64,000 nt of DNA from contig NW_027191460.1 in assembly GCF_011745625.1 (NCBI RefSeq), positions 682,001 to 746,000 on the forward strand. Reading direction: 5' to 3'. The position numbers and the translations under genes are program-made. Source of the stretch: Cladosporium halotolerans. Lineage: Eukaryota. Below are positions 31,546 through 44,667 of this stretch, piece by piece (the stretch's first letter is position 1; the number at the start of each line of letters is the position of its first letter). The notes below the pieces were generated by a model. That model saw only the letters and a list, made by a program, of their open reading frames with translations, did no database searches and was not told the DNA's origin.

Positions 31546-33651
31546 ATGGCTCGCTTGTCTAAGACAACACCGTTCCATATCTACTCTGACGCCGACGCCT
31601 CGACACTCGAACCGACCGAAGACCTCTCTTCGGAAGGCAACGTGAAGCATGGAGAAGAGTTGGAAAAGACCGCTGGCTGGACTGGTGGGAGAAGGGATGA
31701 TGGTTTTGTGACGGAGAGCGACGATGATGCGAAAGCTGGACTGGACGAGAGAGCACAAGAAGGCGATGACGAGAAAAATTACACGAGGACTTCGATTTCT
31801 TCTCTCCCAGAGTCGAATTACCCAACAGATTTCGAGCGCACGCCTATGCACAAGCCGTACACGCCGACCTATTCCCGCCCGTCAGTTCGTCGTATGCAGA
31901 TGAGCTCTCCTCTCCGCAAGAGCAGATATGGAACCCCACAGTCAGAGCCTCGGGGCAGCCCTCGCGCAAAAATAAGAGGGAACGACAATGATCTGGACGA
32001 AAGGGAATCGAGACAGCTACCGCTCGTCTTATTGCACATAACGGTGCTGCCGGTCAACATACCTTGGAGTGTTCAAGCCATGCGTGAGGTCCTGCCATCG
32101 CATACTCTGGAAAGCATGCAGCTGCTAAGGTCAAAGTTGTCCGGCAATGTTGTAAAACGAGGAATCCTAATTCCCCATCCAAGAGATGACTATGAACTTC
32201 TTGAAGAGAAGCTTCTCGAAGCGCTCGAGCTGCAGCAACCTCTGCTTACCAAGTGTGGGCATTACCGCAACAGGCATTCTACCGACTCGACCATGACTGC
32301 CGGGAGCGGCAGTAATGATTCTGGAATGGGATCCAGTGTGGAAGAGTCCGATGACGAACACTGCTCCACCTGCCACCACCATCTCAAAGCTGCCGGATCC
32401 GGCAAACAGAAATGGTCGATCAGAGTCTTTGCTGCCAACGGGCTCATGCATGCGAGCGCGTGGTCGGCCGCTTGGAGCGAGATGGAGAGAGTTGATGTCG
32501 AGATTATGTCTTACATCAAGGATGATCTGCGGATCAAACTGGATGAGATGGAGTCCCAGGCCCATGCCGTAGTGCACATCGATCGCGAAGAAGAAGAACG
32601 CCGGGTCAACCAGATGGTCGAAGATCGTATGCGCATCCTCGAGGATGACGCTGAGCGAGCGAGGGAAGCTGCAATGGCACGAGAAATTGAGCAGATTGTC
32701 ATGAATGAGCAACGGCAGCAAGCAAATGCTACGCCGGACGCCGGATTGGGACATGCCGAAAAGCCAAAGACGAGTGAGCCCGCGTACACCGATGAAGCAG
32801 CATCAACGGAGTTGCCGGACATCTACCGACATAAGGATATTCCATTGTCGATATTGTTGCGGAACTACACCTTTTTGCTGATGCGGAAGAGAGCAAATTT
32901 GGTCACTCTATTGTTTATCACCGCAATCAGTGGCCTACTGCTCACTCTGGACTCTACAGCACTTTACATGCCGAGTATTGATATCTCTACGCTTTCGATG
33001 CAGACCTCGGAAAGCGTAGGCCCTTTGCTTGGCATACCATCAGCACCCAAACCTCAATCTGGTGGCGGTGGCTCACCCGTGGGTCTACTGGACGCAAAGG
33101 TTGATGACTCTCTCATGGACCCGGAAACTGCCCATACGGTAGCCACTTATCCTGCGGTCATTACAGAGCACAGTGTTGTGCAAGATCTGGCAGCGGCTCG
33201 GACGGTCGCAGGAAGTCTCGAGCCCACTTCTGGCCTTCCGATTGAAAATGGACCGCATGCTGAGGAAAGGCATCCTCAGAATGAAGACGCGATTCCTCAC
33301 GAGCAGTCGAACATCGACGGCTCGCAATCTGTTGAGAACGGCGACAATTTCGAGAAAGTGGAAGAAATGGGTGAACCATTACCGGAGGGGTTGAAACAGG
33401 GGCTGTTCGATCAGTGCCCTCCTGCGTCGTCACTCCCAATCGACCTGACACGGTGTGTCGCAAACGAAGAAGATCTTGAGCATGCGACTGCTCCTGCCTC
33501 TGCCATCGCGGATGATGCTGCAAACCTCCCATCGGACGTCTCACACGCCAGGCGTTACGAAACATGCATGTTTATGCCGTTGACCTTGGAGGAGCTTTCG
33601 CAATGCAGTGTCATGGAAGGCCAAGATGAGGATATACACCCTTTGGTGTGA
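31546..33651 (+). CDS. Conserved fungal hypothetical protein with coiled-coil and one hydrophobic segment
   Basis: ORF core PLVLLHITVLP..GILIPHPRDDYELLEE..KCGHY..VFAANGLM..AAWSEMERVDVEI and a TM-like LVTLLFITAISGLLL segment. Confidence 0.8.
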   Translation: MARLSKTTPFHIYSDADASTLEPTEDLSSEGNVKHGEELEKTAGWTGGRRDDGFVTESDDDAKAGLDERAQEGDDEKNYTRTSISSLPESNYPTDFERTPMHKPYTPTYSRPSVRRMQMSSPLRKSRYGTPQSEPRGSPRAKIRGNDNDLDERESRQLPLVLLHITVLPVNIPWSVQAMREVLPSHTLESMQLLRSKLSGNVVKRGILIPHPRDDYELLEEKLLEALELQQPLLTKCGHYRNRHSTDSTMTAGSGSNDSGMGSSVEESDDEHCSTCHHHLKAAGSGKQKWSIRVFAANGLMHASAWSAAWSEMERVDVEIMSYIKDDLRIKLDEMESQAHAVVHIDREEEERRVNQMVEDRMRILEDDAERAREAAMAREIEQIVMNEQRQQANATPDAGLGHAEKPKTSEPAYTDEAASTELPDIYRHKDIPLSILLRNYTFLLMRKRANLVTLLFITAISGLLLTLDSTALYMPSIDISTLSMQTSESVGPLLGIPSAPKPQSGGGGSPVGLLDAKVDDSLMDPETAHTVATYPAVITEHSVVQDLAAARTVAGSLEPTSGLPIENGPHAEERHPQNEDAIPHEQSNIDGSQSVENGDNFEKVEEMGEPLPEGLKQGLFDQCPPASSLPIDLTRCVANEEDLEHATAPASAIADDAANLPSDVSHARRYETCMFMPLTLEELSQCSVMEGQDEDIHPLV

Positions 33652-33907
33652 GGCGAACGAATGGGTGATTGGCAACGCGGTGCAATGGAGCAACGTCAAT
33701 GCTTTTGACTGGGTCTCTTTTGATAGCGGTTTAGCGGACTTCGAATGGTGCATGTGCATAATGAACAGGGTATTACGAAAGGGACGCATCCTGTGAAAAG
33801 GTCTCAAGAATATCCGAACATGATAGCTTGCACTATGCAGCAGGCCCCATAGGAAGGGGGGTATTCACGAGACTACAGAACATCGCAAACGGAACATCGA
33901 CCTCCCA

Positions 33908-35182
33908 TTACTCGTCAACCATACCATGAATTCCCTTCAGGCCACTAACTCTCCAGATACCGCCAGGCCCGAACAACCACAGCTCTTGCCTGTCCGGACC
34001 CGCGAATTGAAAGTTGTTGATTTCGCCGCCAACCTCAATCCTCAGTATTAACTCTCCCCATTCGCTCAACACATCAATGCCGTCTCCCGAAGCTCCTAGC
34101 ACATAACCCTCGCGACTCACGTGCATGCCATCCACGGCAAACGTTTGCGCGTACCAGATCGGCCTTTTGTTTGTCAAATAATTTCCGGGAGGAGCGAAGT
34201 TGACATCAAAGGCGTAGACCGTGCGGCCGCCGAATTTGTTGAAGGTGTATCGAGGAAGTTTCTCTTCGGGAGCGCCGTCGAAATCGGTGATGCCTGTGTC
34301 GCTGATGTACATGGTCTTGCCGTCCGGGCTGATACCAAGGCCGTTCGGCTGCTCCAGGGAACCTTCTACGACGCTCACGGCGCCGGTCGAAGGCCGGAAG
34401 CGGTAAGTCTGAGGCTTCAAGACTGGGTAGTCTGTGACGTTGATGGCATAGCCGTACCACGAGTCTGAGAAGTAGATGTCGCCTCTGCTGTCTATGACGA
34501 GATCGTTTGGACTGTTAAGCTGCTGGCCGAAGTAGTTGTTGAGCAGTGTACGGACTTCGCGCGTGTATGGATTCAGCTCATAGATGCCCGGAGTCTGATC
34601 GATGGTGCTGCCATTCTCCGGACTTGGAAAGGAAAAGCTGGCTTCGGATGCCCAGTAGATTTTCCCTTTGTAGAGCCTCCCGCCATTTACAGCGTAGATA
34701 GGGGGATCAGTCGTGAAGTTACTAATAGTAGGCTCAGTCCCATTCAGGTTGATAATCTTCTGCTGGTATACACCCTGATGTGGCTGAGAAAAGATGATCG
34801 CATTCAAGCCAGGGACGTATACAGGGCCTTCGTGGATGCTGTCGTTCCTGGTTTCGAAGACTCTTTCCAACCTTGGTGCAGATCCGAGGATGTCGAGACC
34901 TCTCTCCAGATCGAACACGACAAATGTCGTCTCTGCCAGTCGATGAAAAGAGTCGTCGGAAGCTACCGAGGTTGCCACGAAGGTGTCGTTTTCGGGATCG
35001 ACGCCATTGCTAGCCGTCGCCCTCACAAAAGGACATGGCAGGACAGACGCATAGTTATTGACGCAAGCGACCGCGCTGTCATTGGCAAAATGGGGGCATC
35101 GCTCAACAACTTGGGCTGTGATGTTAGATTGCGCGTGTACGGCCGCTGCGATGGCTAATAATACGACGGATCTTCTGGCCAT
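33908..35182 (-). CDS. Secreted SMP-30/gluconolactonase (lactonohydrolase) family protein
   Basis: Signal peptide; HEGPVY, NNYFGQQLNSPNDL, QPNGLGISPDGKTMYISDTG and DGMHV motifs. Confidence 0.92.
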   Translation of the reverse strand: MARRSVVLLAIAAAVHAQSNITAQVVERCPHFANDSAVACVNNYASVLPCPFVRATASNGVDPENDTFVATSVASDDSFHRLAETTFVVFDLERGLDILGSAPRLERVFETRNDSIHEGPVYVPGLNAIIFSQPHQGVYQQKIINLNGTEPTISNFTTDPPIYAVNGGRLYKGKIYWASEASFSFPSPENGSTIDQTPGIYELNPYTREVRTLLNNYFGQQLNSPNDLVIDSRGDIYFSDSWYGYAINVTDYPVLKPQTYRFRPSTGAVSVVEGSLEQPNGLGISPDGKTMYISDTGITDFDGAPEEKLPRYTFNKFGGRTVYAFDVNFAPPGNYLTNKRPIWYAQTFAVDGMHVSREGYVLGASGDGIDVLSEWGELILRIEVGGEINNFQFAGPDRQELWLFGPGGIWRVSGLKGIHGMVDE

Positions 35183-35693
35183 GGTGTAAATACTCATTCG
35201 CGGTGAGACAAAGTGACCTACATTCTCAGTGCTGGCAACTACACGTCTTATAATCGGTGTGCCTTCGGGGCGTTGAACATCGTCAACAGGCAGATTTCGT
35301 TCAGCCGTTGGAAATGGGGATCCGGCATGCCCTGTGCGCGCGAATTGCGGTGGCGCTGAGCGAATCGTGATGGACTATGACCCGCGTAGCAAGATGGAAT
35401 GCAATAGAGCGTTCTTAGGGCCTGCGGCAGATCTACCGGTGGATCTCATTCCGAACGCCAGAACGCAAATGCATATCTACCAAACCTGGCATGATCTACG
35501 CCCGGGAATGACACATCTGTTCCGTGCTTTACACAATCACGTGATGAATGGGGCTGTGAGGTACCACCTCCGTCCGCTTCCGCTATACTCCCTACGAGGC
35601 ACCGGTTCAAATCTTTTTATTAGTCGACTGGACCAATCACCTTTGATGGAGCTTTGATGCTCACGCCAAAGTTTCTCGGGTCTTTGGCCGCCG

Positions 35694-37451
35694 ATGCCAC
35701 GACGTGCGTTGCCCAGCCGAACATGCGATGAGTGCCGCGCAAGGAAGAGAAAATGCGTCCTGCCACCGCCCAATGGAGGCAGGCCATCGTCATGCAATGC
35801 TTGTCGGGAAAACTCTCTCCGATGTACTTTCGACTTGCTGTATAAGAAACGTGGACCTCGTCCTAAGCCGCAAGTGCCTCCAACATGGTTGCATATGGTC
35901 TCCCCTCGCTGACAAGCAAGATAGTCACGATGTTTTGGTGCGCCTTCCGAACGAGAGAACTGTCTACGATCTAGGACGTGCTTTGGATGCCTTTTGCCCG
36001 AAGAAGATCTCCGACTTTTTGATTCAGAACTTTATGGACCATCTTTACCCCTTGACCCCAGTGGTACACAAGCGCACTTTCTTCGCACGCCTCAATGATC
36101 GCACCCACTACCATAATCCCGCCTTCTTTTCGCTGGTGATTTCCGTTCTGGTGACTACCGTGTGCACGATGCCTGGCATGATGCGCTCGTGCAGGAAGCT
36201 CGACCCGTCGTTCACACATGCTGGCCGCAAAGAGATGCTGGAAACCGGAGAAAGACTAATCCTTCGCGTTCGGCCCTCCAACCATTACGACGATCTTTCG
36301 CTTGACAAATGGGCGTGTGCATACCTCCACGTGGTGGCTAATGCTCAATTGAAGCTGATGAACCGCGCTTTGATGCATCAATCGGAAGCTGCTGCGATAG
36401 CGAGGCAGATGGAGCTGCATATTGTTGATGCCTACAAGGGCCTCAATCAAGTCGAACGGCAACTTCGGAAGAAGGCACTCTGGATACATTTCATGTCCGA
36501 ACGGTAGGGTGACGAGCCACTGATCATCCACGTGAGGATAATTGCTTATTCATCTTTCAGTCATATAGCCTTGTTCGACATGAATATGGATCTCACGCGA
36601 ACGTATGTTGTGCAAATGACCCGCGCCATAGAACAACTATTACCTTTGGAAATCGACGACGAGTTCATCACAGATCACGAAGTTCTGGATCAACCTCCAG
36701 GTCGGCTGTCGCTTGTCGCCGGTCTGAATGCCATGACAACAGTCAATGTTAAACTCATGGAAGCCAGCCCCTTAAATCCTGCACATGGACCGCGAAGTCG
36801 ACAATCGACCGAGTCGGACAGCTCGCCGGCAAGCCAAGGAGATCCCCATGCTCACGGCAACGGAGACCAACAATCTCACGCTCTCTCGCTAGCTGAAGAG
36901 CAACTGACGAGCCTGGAGCGCTGTCTGGATGATCTCCCTATGGAAATTTCATCGGTGTCGGTAGATTCTCGATCGTATATACCACCAGCGCGCTCTGACC
37001 CCCTCAGTTCGCAGTACCAGGCGATGCGGGTCAATATACACGTCACACACCTGTGGGCTCAGAATGCCCTAGCGGAGCAGATGCGAGCATCATTGGAGAC
37101 AAATCTACACGGCGAGGCGTTGAGGCTGATGGAGCAACGCTGTTGCAAAACGCAGGAAAGGGCCGCTCGTCAGCTTCTGGACTTACTGCATACTCTGCCC
37201 ACGGTAAATCTGTTACCCAACGGAAACATTCTTGTAAGTTCATCGGTAAGAAGCACAATTCCGGAGCCACGATATTAACGAAGCATTGCACTCAGACCAT
37301 GAAAATTCGCTCGGTCGGTGCAAGCATCTTGGAGCATGCCAATACTCCGCGCTCCGGACGTTCCACGTATTTACAAGACCTGGCAGAAGCATTTGCGGCG
37401 TTTCTCGCTGGCTTGGACTCCGAGCATAACGAAACATCGCCAGAAGATTAA
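35694..37451 (+). CDS. Zn(II)2Cys6 fungal transcription factor
   Basis: Zinc cluster CDECRARKRKC..CNAC..CTF..KKRGP and middle homology region (YPLTPVVHK, ERQLRKKALW). Introns 35870-35924 (GC-AG), 36504-36560 and 37234-37295. Confidence 0.92.
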
Positions 37452-37612
37452 ATGATATATAGGTTGATACATTGGAGCAGCACTTGGAGGGCTTCAGATT
37501 CAGACATGTATACACCCACACCCGTTTTCAAGCCCTCGATAGTCTGAATGGACTTGGAGACAATGATTTCCTTCCTCGCGTTGCGAGGGATGGTGCAAAA
37601 CCACAAAAGAAT

Positions 37613-37705
37613 GGGGTTCAACCCGGACTCGAACCGGGGACCTCTCGCAATCGTGCCTCAGGGTAGACCCTAAGCGAGAATCGTAACCGCTAGACCATTG
37701 AACCC
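37613..37705 (-). tRNA. tRNA-Pro(AGG), intron-containing
   Basis: Acceptor GGGTTCA/TGAACCC, D-arm TGGTCTAGCGG, anticodon arm CTCGC-TTAGGG..T-GCGAG and T-loop GGTTCGAGTCC. Confidence 0.95.
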
Positions 37706-38079
37706 GATCAACTTCTCCAATTGATTAGTGAGAGATGGTTGCGTTGTGAAATTGATATACGCTTTGTCACGACTTCCAACGACCTGGAGTCGAACGAGAT
37801 CTTAAGGGCTTTCAAAATTAACTACAAGCCATGCACCACCGATCGAACAAAGAGATATAGTCCAGAAGTGCGGTAGGGCTGCCCACATGAGAACATTCCC
37901 ATAAACCGATCAAAAGGCTGCTCATGGTGTGTACCTATGCTTCCTAATTGCTCATGTGTCGGAACCTCTTTTCATTTTCGATTACCGATCCCGCCTTCGC
38001 GTCCACACATTGTGCATGACAAGTTGAGCCCATTTTTGTTCTCCAGCCTTCCAACCCAGCATAACCCGCAAGAGCGAAT

Positions 38080-38660
38080 CTACTGCTTGGTGGCAGCCTT
38101 GGCCAGGTCGGCGAGGGCCTCGCGGCGCTTGAACTTGGCGTCCTGGATCACACCTGTGGAGTAGAATGGTAAGTGAAAGCTCACTAAAAAGGTGCAAACG
38201 CGACTTACCAGCATCGGCATCGCTAGAGAAGTTGCCAGTGTACTCGACGAAGGTGGAGCCCTCGAGGTCGCCGCTGGTGACGGCGTAGCAGCGGACGGTG
38301 CTGACGACGGAGGTGTAGGTCAGGGCGGGCTGGGAGGTGATGACGGAGTAGGTGATGTAGTGGTTGATAGACTGGGACGTCATGTTAGCTGTGCTGTAGC
38401 TTTGTGCGGACAGCATTGTCGCAAACGGTAGAAAAACGTACAGAGTGCTCCTCCTGCTTGACCTCAATGACGGAGCCGTCCTTGAAAGTCCACTTGACGA
38501 CGTCGGTCTCCTCGCTGGCGCCCTTGACGAACTCGGAGCTGCTGAGGGCAGTCCAGAACTTGCTGAAGTCCTGGATCTTGATCAGGTGCCAGACGTGGGA
38601 GAGAGGGGCGCGGATGACGGCCGACTCGCTGACGGAGGTGGAGGTAGGGATGGCAGACAT
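38080..38660 (-). CDS. SRPBCC / Bet v1-like (polyketide cyclase-fold) protein
   Basis: Three exons: MSAIPTSTSVSESAVIRAPLSHVWHLIK..EEHS | SINHYITYSVI..FVEYTGNFSSDADA | GVIQDAKFKRREALADLAKAATKQ. Highly biased codons. Confidence 0.85.
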
Positions 38661-40400
38661 TTTGAAGGGGTTGTTGGGGTGTGAATTGGCGTTTGTTCGT
38701 GGACTTTTAACAAGGAAGGAGTGGAATGGCTACAAGGTGTTTTGTCGCTGGATCTGCAATGAGCTTTCTTCCCCGCATCATCGCGGGGCTCTCTGTTTGC
38801 TTGCAGCTTTCAAGGGTCTACCTAGCTCTGATGTCCCTACAATTTCGACGAAGCATGAAACATCGGCATCGGATGACATATAGACTCTCTTCCTCTGGCT
38901 ATAATCTACAGATAGCGAAAAATGATCAGTGTTCGCCCTATCCATTTCCTGAAATCCAAGGGAAGTCGAAACACGGAAGTCCCCAAAGAACATTCCCCAA
39001 AATCCAAACTCAACCGCAAAAGCTTAGCATATCCAAAACAGCGAAGCATTCCTTCCAAGACCAAGCCCGAATCCAAACCAGAGTCCTTCCCCATGAACCA
39101 TCAACCATTCCTCAACCCCTCGCCCTACCCTATTAATCCTGCTCTCCGATCCCCCATTCCCGCGAAAGCGGCGACGAGGATCTCTCAACAACCAACCTCC
39201 CATCGCCCCTCACCCACCTCCCAGCAGCATCCGTACTCAGCACCTCATCGCTCAAGCCCCTTCTGATCCATTCCGCAATGATCAAATCGTACCTTTCGTC
39301 AGGCCTTCGATCCGGAAGGGGCGGCAGAGCAGAGATGATGCGGTCGCGGATCGAGGCGTTGCCGTTGCGGGGGCGGTGGGAAGGCGTTTCTGTCGAGAGG
39401 AGGTCAAGGTTAGCGATTTGCGTGGTCTGATTGTTCTTCGTGGTTTTGGATTCGGTCAGGGAAGCTGTTGGTGCAATCGGATGATGTGGCGTGCGTCGCG
39501 AAGCTGATGCCGGTGTTAGGTAGGATCACTAGTTTGCTACGAGCTGATCGAGTCGTCAGTAGCATGTCCGAGAGACGTAGTTGACTTGAGGCCTGCTCTC
39601 AAGGCAACGAACCACCTGCCAAACAAGAGACCAATAGCGAACATCAACAAAGGTGGAAGACGAGAGATGAGGGTAAGAATATAAAGGTTGCAGGATAGGG
39701 TGTTTGGTGATTACTACGAGAGGGCGAGAACATCGGTGGTTCAGGGAAGTTGAATAAAGGCAGGGAAAAAAAAAGGAATCCGCCGTGATGTAAGTGTATC
39801 ATCCCAAGGGCGCAAAAGACATCCGATCCGGTTTCCTTGGCCGTCAGGTCAAGAAACAAGACGCCTCTCGACCCACGTGGTTCGCGTGAGCTTCGTTCCA
39901 AATTCCGTTCCTTCCCTCCGTCCCCTGAACGCTATGCATTTCGAAGAAAATCAACAGGGAAGATCATTCCAGAACCGAGCCGAAAGCTGGATGGTGGCGG
40001 CGGCGAGGTCGAGCAAGGGTATCGGGCGTTGCGTAGAATATATCTTGGGATGTAGGTGGGAGCCGTGAGGTCATCTCCGGCATTTGTCGTGCAGGAGCAT
40101 GGTCTATGCTGGGGTCGTGCGTTGGGGTATTGAGGGGGTGGATTGTGCGGACGAAAGGGGTGTTCGTGGTGCACGGGACGGGGAGGTCGGGCTGAGGTCG
40201 AGGGCGAGTGCACGAAGCTGTGGGAGGCATGGTGACCACGCTGGTATTTGCCAGCTTGTCCACGGTCTCGATCTGCTTGTGGCAGCGTTGGCTAGCGACC
40301 TTGGCGATGCTGAGGGGTGCTTGTGGAAGCAGGGGTCCAGTCAGGTGGAAAGCCTACGCTGCCCTTGACTGGATGGAACATCTCAAGCCTCGGTGGGTAC

Positions 40401-43338
40401 TTAAGACATCACGTTGCCAGCAGTGGCTACAAGAGTTAGTAAATATAATCAGGTAATGATAGATGGATGATCACGCCAGAAATAACGAAAAGTTTCATGC
40501 CGGGCCGAGACACTTGATAGGGACGGCACGGCACAACAATGAATTCAAAGGAGATAATTTGACTTACCAGACTGGCGCTTGATCTGATCGCGGGCCCAAC
40601 GAGCAGTGTCCTGGGTGCGAGACGAGAAGTCCTTCGTTCCGCGGGTGTCGCGAGCCATCTGGGTGAGCCAGTCGGCACGGAAGAAGTTGGCGAACTCGCC
40701 GTTGGGGAAAGCCTCAGAGATGTCGCTATGAATTGTTAGCTTCATGTTGGTGGAACATTGAAACGAATGGAGGACTTACCCAACAACACCCATGCTGGAG
40801 CGAAGAAGACCCTCAGTGCGGTTGGAGTCCTGATAGACCTGCGACAGCAGCTGAAAGATCGACTCGACGTAGGGCTGGAGAAGCTGAACCTTGTTGCCGG
40901 CGCGCATGGCGATGATGATGCCGTCCCAAGCATCCATGATGCCCTCACGGAGGGAGACAATGTAGTCAAGCATCTCGAAGTTGGTCTCCTCCTGAGCGGA
41001 GATGGTAGCGGCCTGCTGCAGGACCTGACCAACAACGGAAAGGTAGGTCTCGAAGGCACCACCGATGGCCTGGGCGATGTCGCCGAAGCACTGCAGGATA
41101 GCGGGCTTGAACTGGTTGCCAAGAACAGCACTGCGAAGGTTGTTGAGGAGAGAGTTCATGAACTGATCGCAGAAAGGCTGGACCTTCTCCTCAAGGCCGC
41201 GGCTGATGTCGCTAACAAGACCGATGGCGACAGAGCAGAGAGCCGGCTCCTCCTGGTTGTTCAGAGCACTGAGGAGGAAAGGAACGAAAGCCTGCATGTA
41301 CTTCTCGAAGTCGGCCTCGAGGACATTGGCAAGAGCGCTGATCGCGCCCAGGACAGTGTCAGGGACGGAGCTCTTGGCGGGAAGAGACTGCAGAAGAGAG
41401 AGAAGCAGCTGCATGATGCGATCGGCTTGAGGAGCGACCTCGGTCTCCAGACGCTGAATGATAGTCAGAATGACAGAAGTGAGCGAAGTCTGGATCTCCT
41501 CAAGAGTGAGACGGTCCTCCACGGACACGACCTGCTGCTGCATGGGAATGGTCTTCTCAAGGCGCTCGATGACAACGTTGCTGAGGCCAGCCACCATGTG
41601 GACGGAGTCGTTGGCAGCGTTTGTGATGAAGGCGTTGAGAACCTCGTAAGCAGCAGTCCGCAGCTGGTTGTCCTGGGTAGATTCTGTCACCTGCAGGAGG
41701 TGCTGTGCGCTCGCCTGCCAGTGCTGGGAGAGAGCGTTGGACTCACAGCCGGGCTCGCCAGCGAAGCGGTCAGCAAGGTTCATGAGAGCCCAGCAGCAGC
41801 TGCTAGCCATCTTAGGGTGCGAGCTGAGACCACCGAACAGCGCGGTGATGAGCTTAGTGAGATTCTCAGGGTCGATAGACTCGTAGGTGGCTTCGCAGAC
41901 GCGACCGAGTGCAAAGGCGACAGAGTCCTTGACCTGGACAACCTGGTCGTTCATCATCTCGATCAGAACAGGCAGCGCCTGCTTGACGAGCGGGTCCAGA
42001 ACCTTCTCATCAGGACCCTCCATCATGGCACCGAAAGCAGAGACGGCAGCATCACGGTAGTGCCAATCCTCAGCGCGGAGGTGCTTCTCGACGAAGCTGA
42101 GGATGGGCGGCACGACCTGGCTGCCGACAGCCTGGGACCAAAGTTGAACACACTGGTAGGCGGCGCGAGAGACGTTGTACTCGTCGTCAGTGGCATCCTC
42201 GTCCTGCTTGGCCATGAGCTCGAGGAGGACGGGGACAACCTCCATGGTCGCCACACGGGCGAAGTTGAAGTACGGCCTGAGCTCAGTAGAGCCGTCCTGC
42301 TCGGCCTGGGAGTTGTCATCCTCAATGCTGATCTCCTCTTCGCAAACGGTGCACCAGAATTCGACAGCAAGCTTGGCGACGTCCTCCTCATCGCTCTTCA
42401 TTCCCTGGATGGTGAGGCCGAAAAGAGCCTTCTCCATGTAGAACCTCATCTTCTCGTAGTAGAGACCCATGATGCGGTTCAGGCAGCCGTATGCGCCCTC
42501 TTGGATGCGGGACTCATCGGCCTGAGTGGCCTCGCAGACAACCTGCATGATGTAGTTGCGCTCGCCCTCGTTCTCGAAGTTGGTGCGGACGAATTCGAGT
42601 GAGTCACCGAGAGCGGTGATGGCGGCCACACGGATCTCGTTGTTGGGCTCCTCCTTGCGGGCACCCTGGACGACCGCAGTGAGGATGGCGTTGCTGTGCT
42701 GGGCGAGAGCGTCCCTGAGATCGGAGTCATCGGTCTCGCAGACGTAACCAATAGTCTGCAGGCTGCTCCTCTTGGTAGAGTCCTTCCCGGAGCCCACATT
42801 CTCGACCAGGGTCGGCATCAGCTCATCCCACTGGTTACGAGGCAGCTCGATGGCGGCAATGGCGGCAATGAATTGTGCGGCAGAGTTCCCAGCTCTTGTG
42901 TCGTCGCTTGTAAGTGTCTGAAGGGCGAAGCCCTTGACGTCCGCCTTGATCTGCGGAGTAAGTCCCTGAAGCCATCTTGTTTGCACCTCGCGCAGGCGTG
43001 TGAAGTCGCGGGCGGAGAAGGAGTTTTTGAGCGCAAGACCGGCTGCTATACGGACTTGTGACTCGGCTCCTTCGTTTGCAAGCTCGCGGGAAAGGGTGGT
43101 GAGGTAGCCTTGCTGTAAAGGGAGAAAAAGTTAGCAATGCCAATATGCTAGGAATGATGTGCGATGGAAACCTACGAAGTCTGCCTCAGCAGCCTGTGCA
43201 AGCTGCTGCTCGGCGGCGGAACGGATCTGGGCGTCTGGAAATCTATCAGCAATCTGATCCGTTGCCCACTGTCACGGGACATGGCGAGGAGAACGTACCA
43301 GGCGAGAGCGTGCCCGCGAGGACCTGGTTGACGTCCAT
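40401..43338 (-). CDS. KAP95: Importin subunit beta-1
   Basis: Five exons: MDVNQVLAGTLSP | DAQIRSAAEQQL.. | ..AAGLALKNSF..NFENEGERNYIMQVVCEATQ..AVEFWCTVCEEE.. | DISEAFP..WAR.. | last exon 40426-40401 after TACTAAC..GTAG. HEAT-repeat protein. Confidence 0.97.
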
Positions 43339-44667
43339 GTTGGGCGAAATGTAGCGCTTTCAAGTGGAAACGAAGGTTGTGGAAAGGCGCAGGACCATAC
43401 ACCGCCGCAAGGAATGAAGTGGTGGTGTCGGTGCCGGGGGTGCGAGCGGATGTTTGTCTGCCAGCTCGGTATACAGCAGTAGCGCCGGGTGAGAGTGAGA
43501 CAAGGCGAGAGTGCCGAGAGGCGTGTTGCGGGCGGGAGATGTGACGGGGGTGCGTGAGTCTCGGGCGCTGCTGGGATGCAGAGTGCAGCTGCTGGGTGTG
43601 GTGTTGTGTGGTGCAGGCTCTCTCGCTGACGCAGACGCAGGGTCCACCAAGGAGAAGTCGAGCTGGGGAGAGAGTTCGAGTGAACTTTTGTGCTGATCGC
43701 GCGGCGCGGGTGATGTCACTGCGGTGCCGCGGCGGGTAGCGGTGCTGGTGGTGGGTTTTTGACTTGAAAGGAGAGGAGAGGAGAGGTGAAGTGAGGTGGA
43801 AGAGACTGGACGCTGCGGCGGCGGCAAGGAGTCTTTCCAGCGGCTTTCTCTTCTGTTTACGGTTGCTCGGTGACGCCTGCCTGCGGGGCGGAGCGCGCAG
43901 AAATGGGCGGAAGTCGAAAGTGCGGACCAGCTGAAGTGGGCTGTAGGGGGTGCCTCTGCCTGTCCGTCACGTGGTCTTATGCTTTCCCTACCCCGATATA
44001 ACTACTGGCAGATATAAGTGAAGTGACAGGCGATTGATGATCCTTCACGAGCATGGAAACACACCCCAGGAAGGATAGACTGGCGGTGTTGCAGTCAATC
44101 ACCGCAGTCCACATCACGTGCTTCCCCTTTTCTGCCCCTCCGTGCCTGAGGGCGAGATCACACAGGGTCCACCTCACTTTCGTACACGGACCGAAGAGGA
44201 AGCACAGACAACTATCGACCGTTGCCAAAACACGACGACCAAAACAAAACGACAGAGTGGCGAGGAACATCGAGGGCATGGAATCTGTAACCAAATATTG
44301 ACCACGTTGATGCCGTAAACGAAACATTTCTTGATCATCCCTGCGTCCCTTAAGTGAGAGCGGATTTGTTGAGTAATGAAGAACAGAATGGAAAAAGAAG
44401 TTCCTCATACAATGGAGCATAAATTATCTCGAGTGTACCGACGTCTACACGCAACGAGTGAAAAACCCTTTGGACGCACCCCTGATTCCAGCCAAGCTCA
44501 GGTTGCCTGGCAGTTGCATATCCAAACATTCTGGTCAAAAAGGGTGGGAAGAAGAAGTAAAAGACATTACCGCCTAAACCAGAACACGCCAAAATCCGAT
44601 TTCCCAAATCAATTCATTCCCTTTCGCGAAAAGGTGCCATTATTCCTCTTTCTCTAATTTGCTTTCT

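Noticed and set aside
39024..39526. Open minus-strand frame without ATG (…NLDLLSTETPSHRP…WIC)
   Set aside because: No upstream exon could be spliced in frame and no homology was recognised. It may simply reflect the local C/G skew.
40758..42602. 614-aa plus-strand ORF
   Set aside because: Antisense shadow of importin-beta. Strong codon bias removes opposite-strand stops, and no domain is recognisable.
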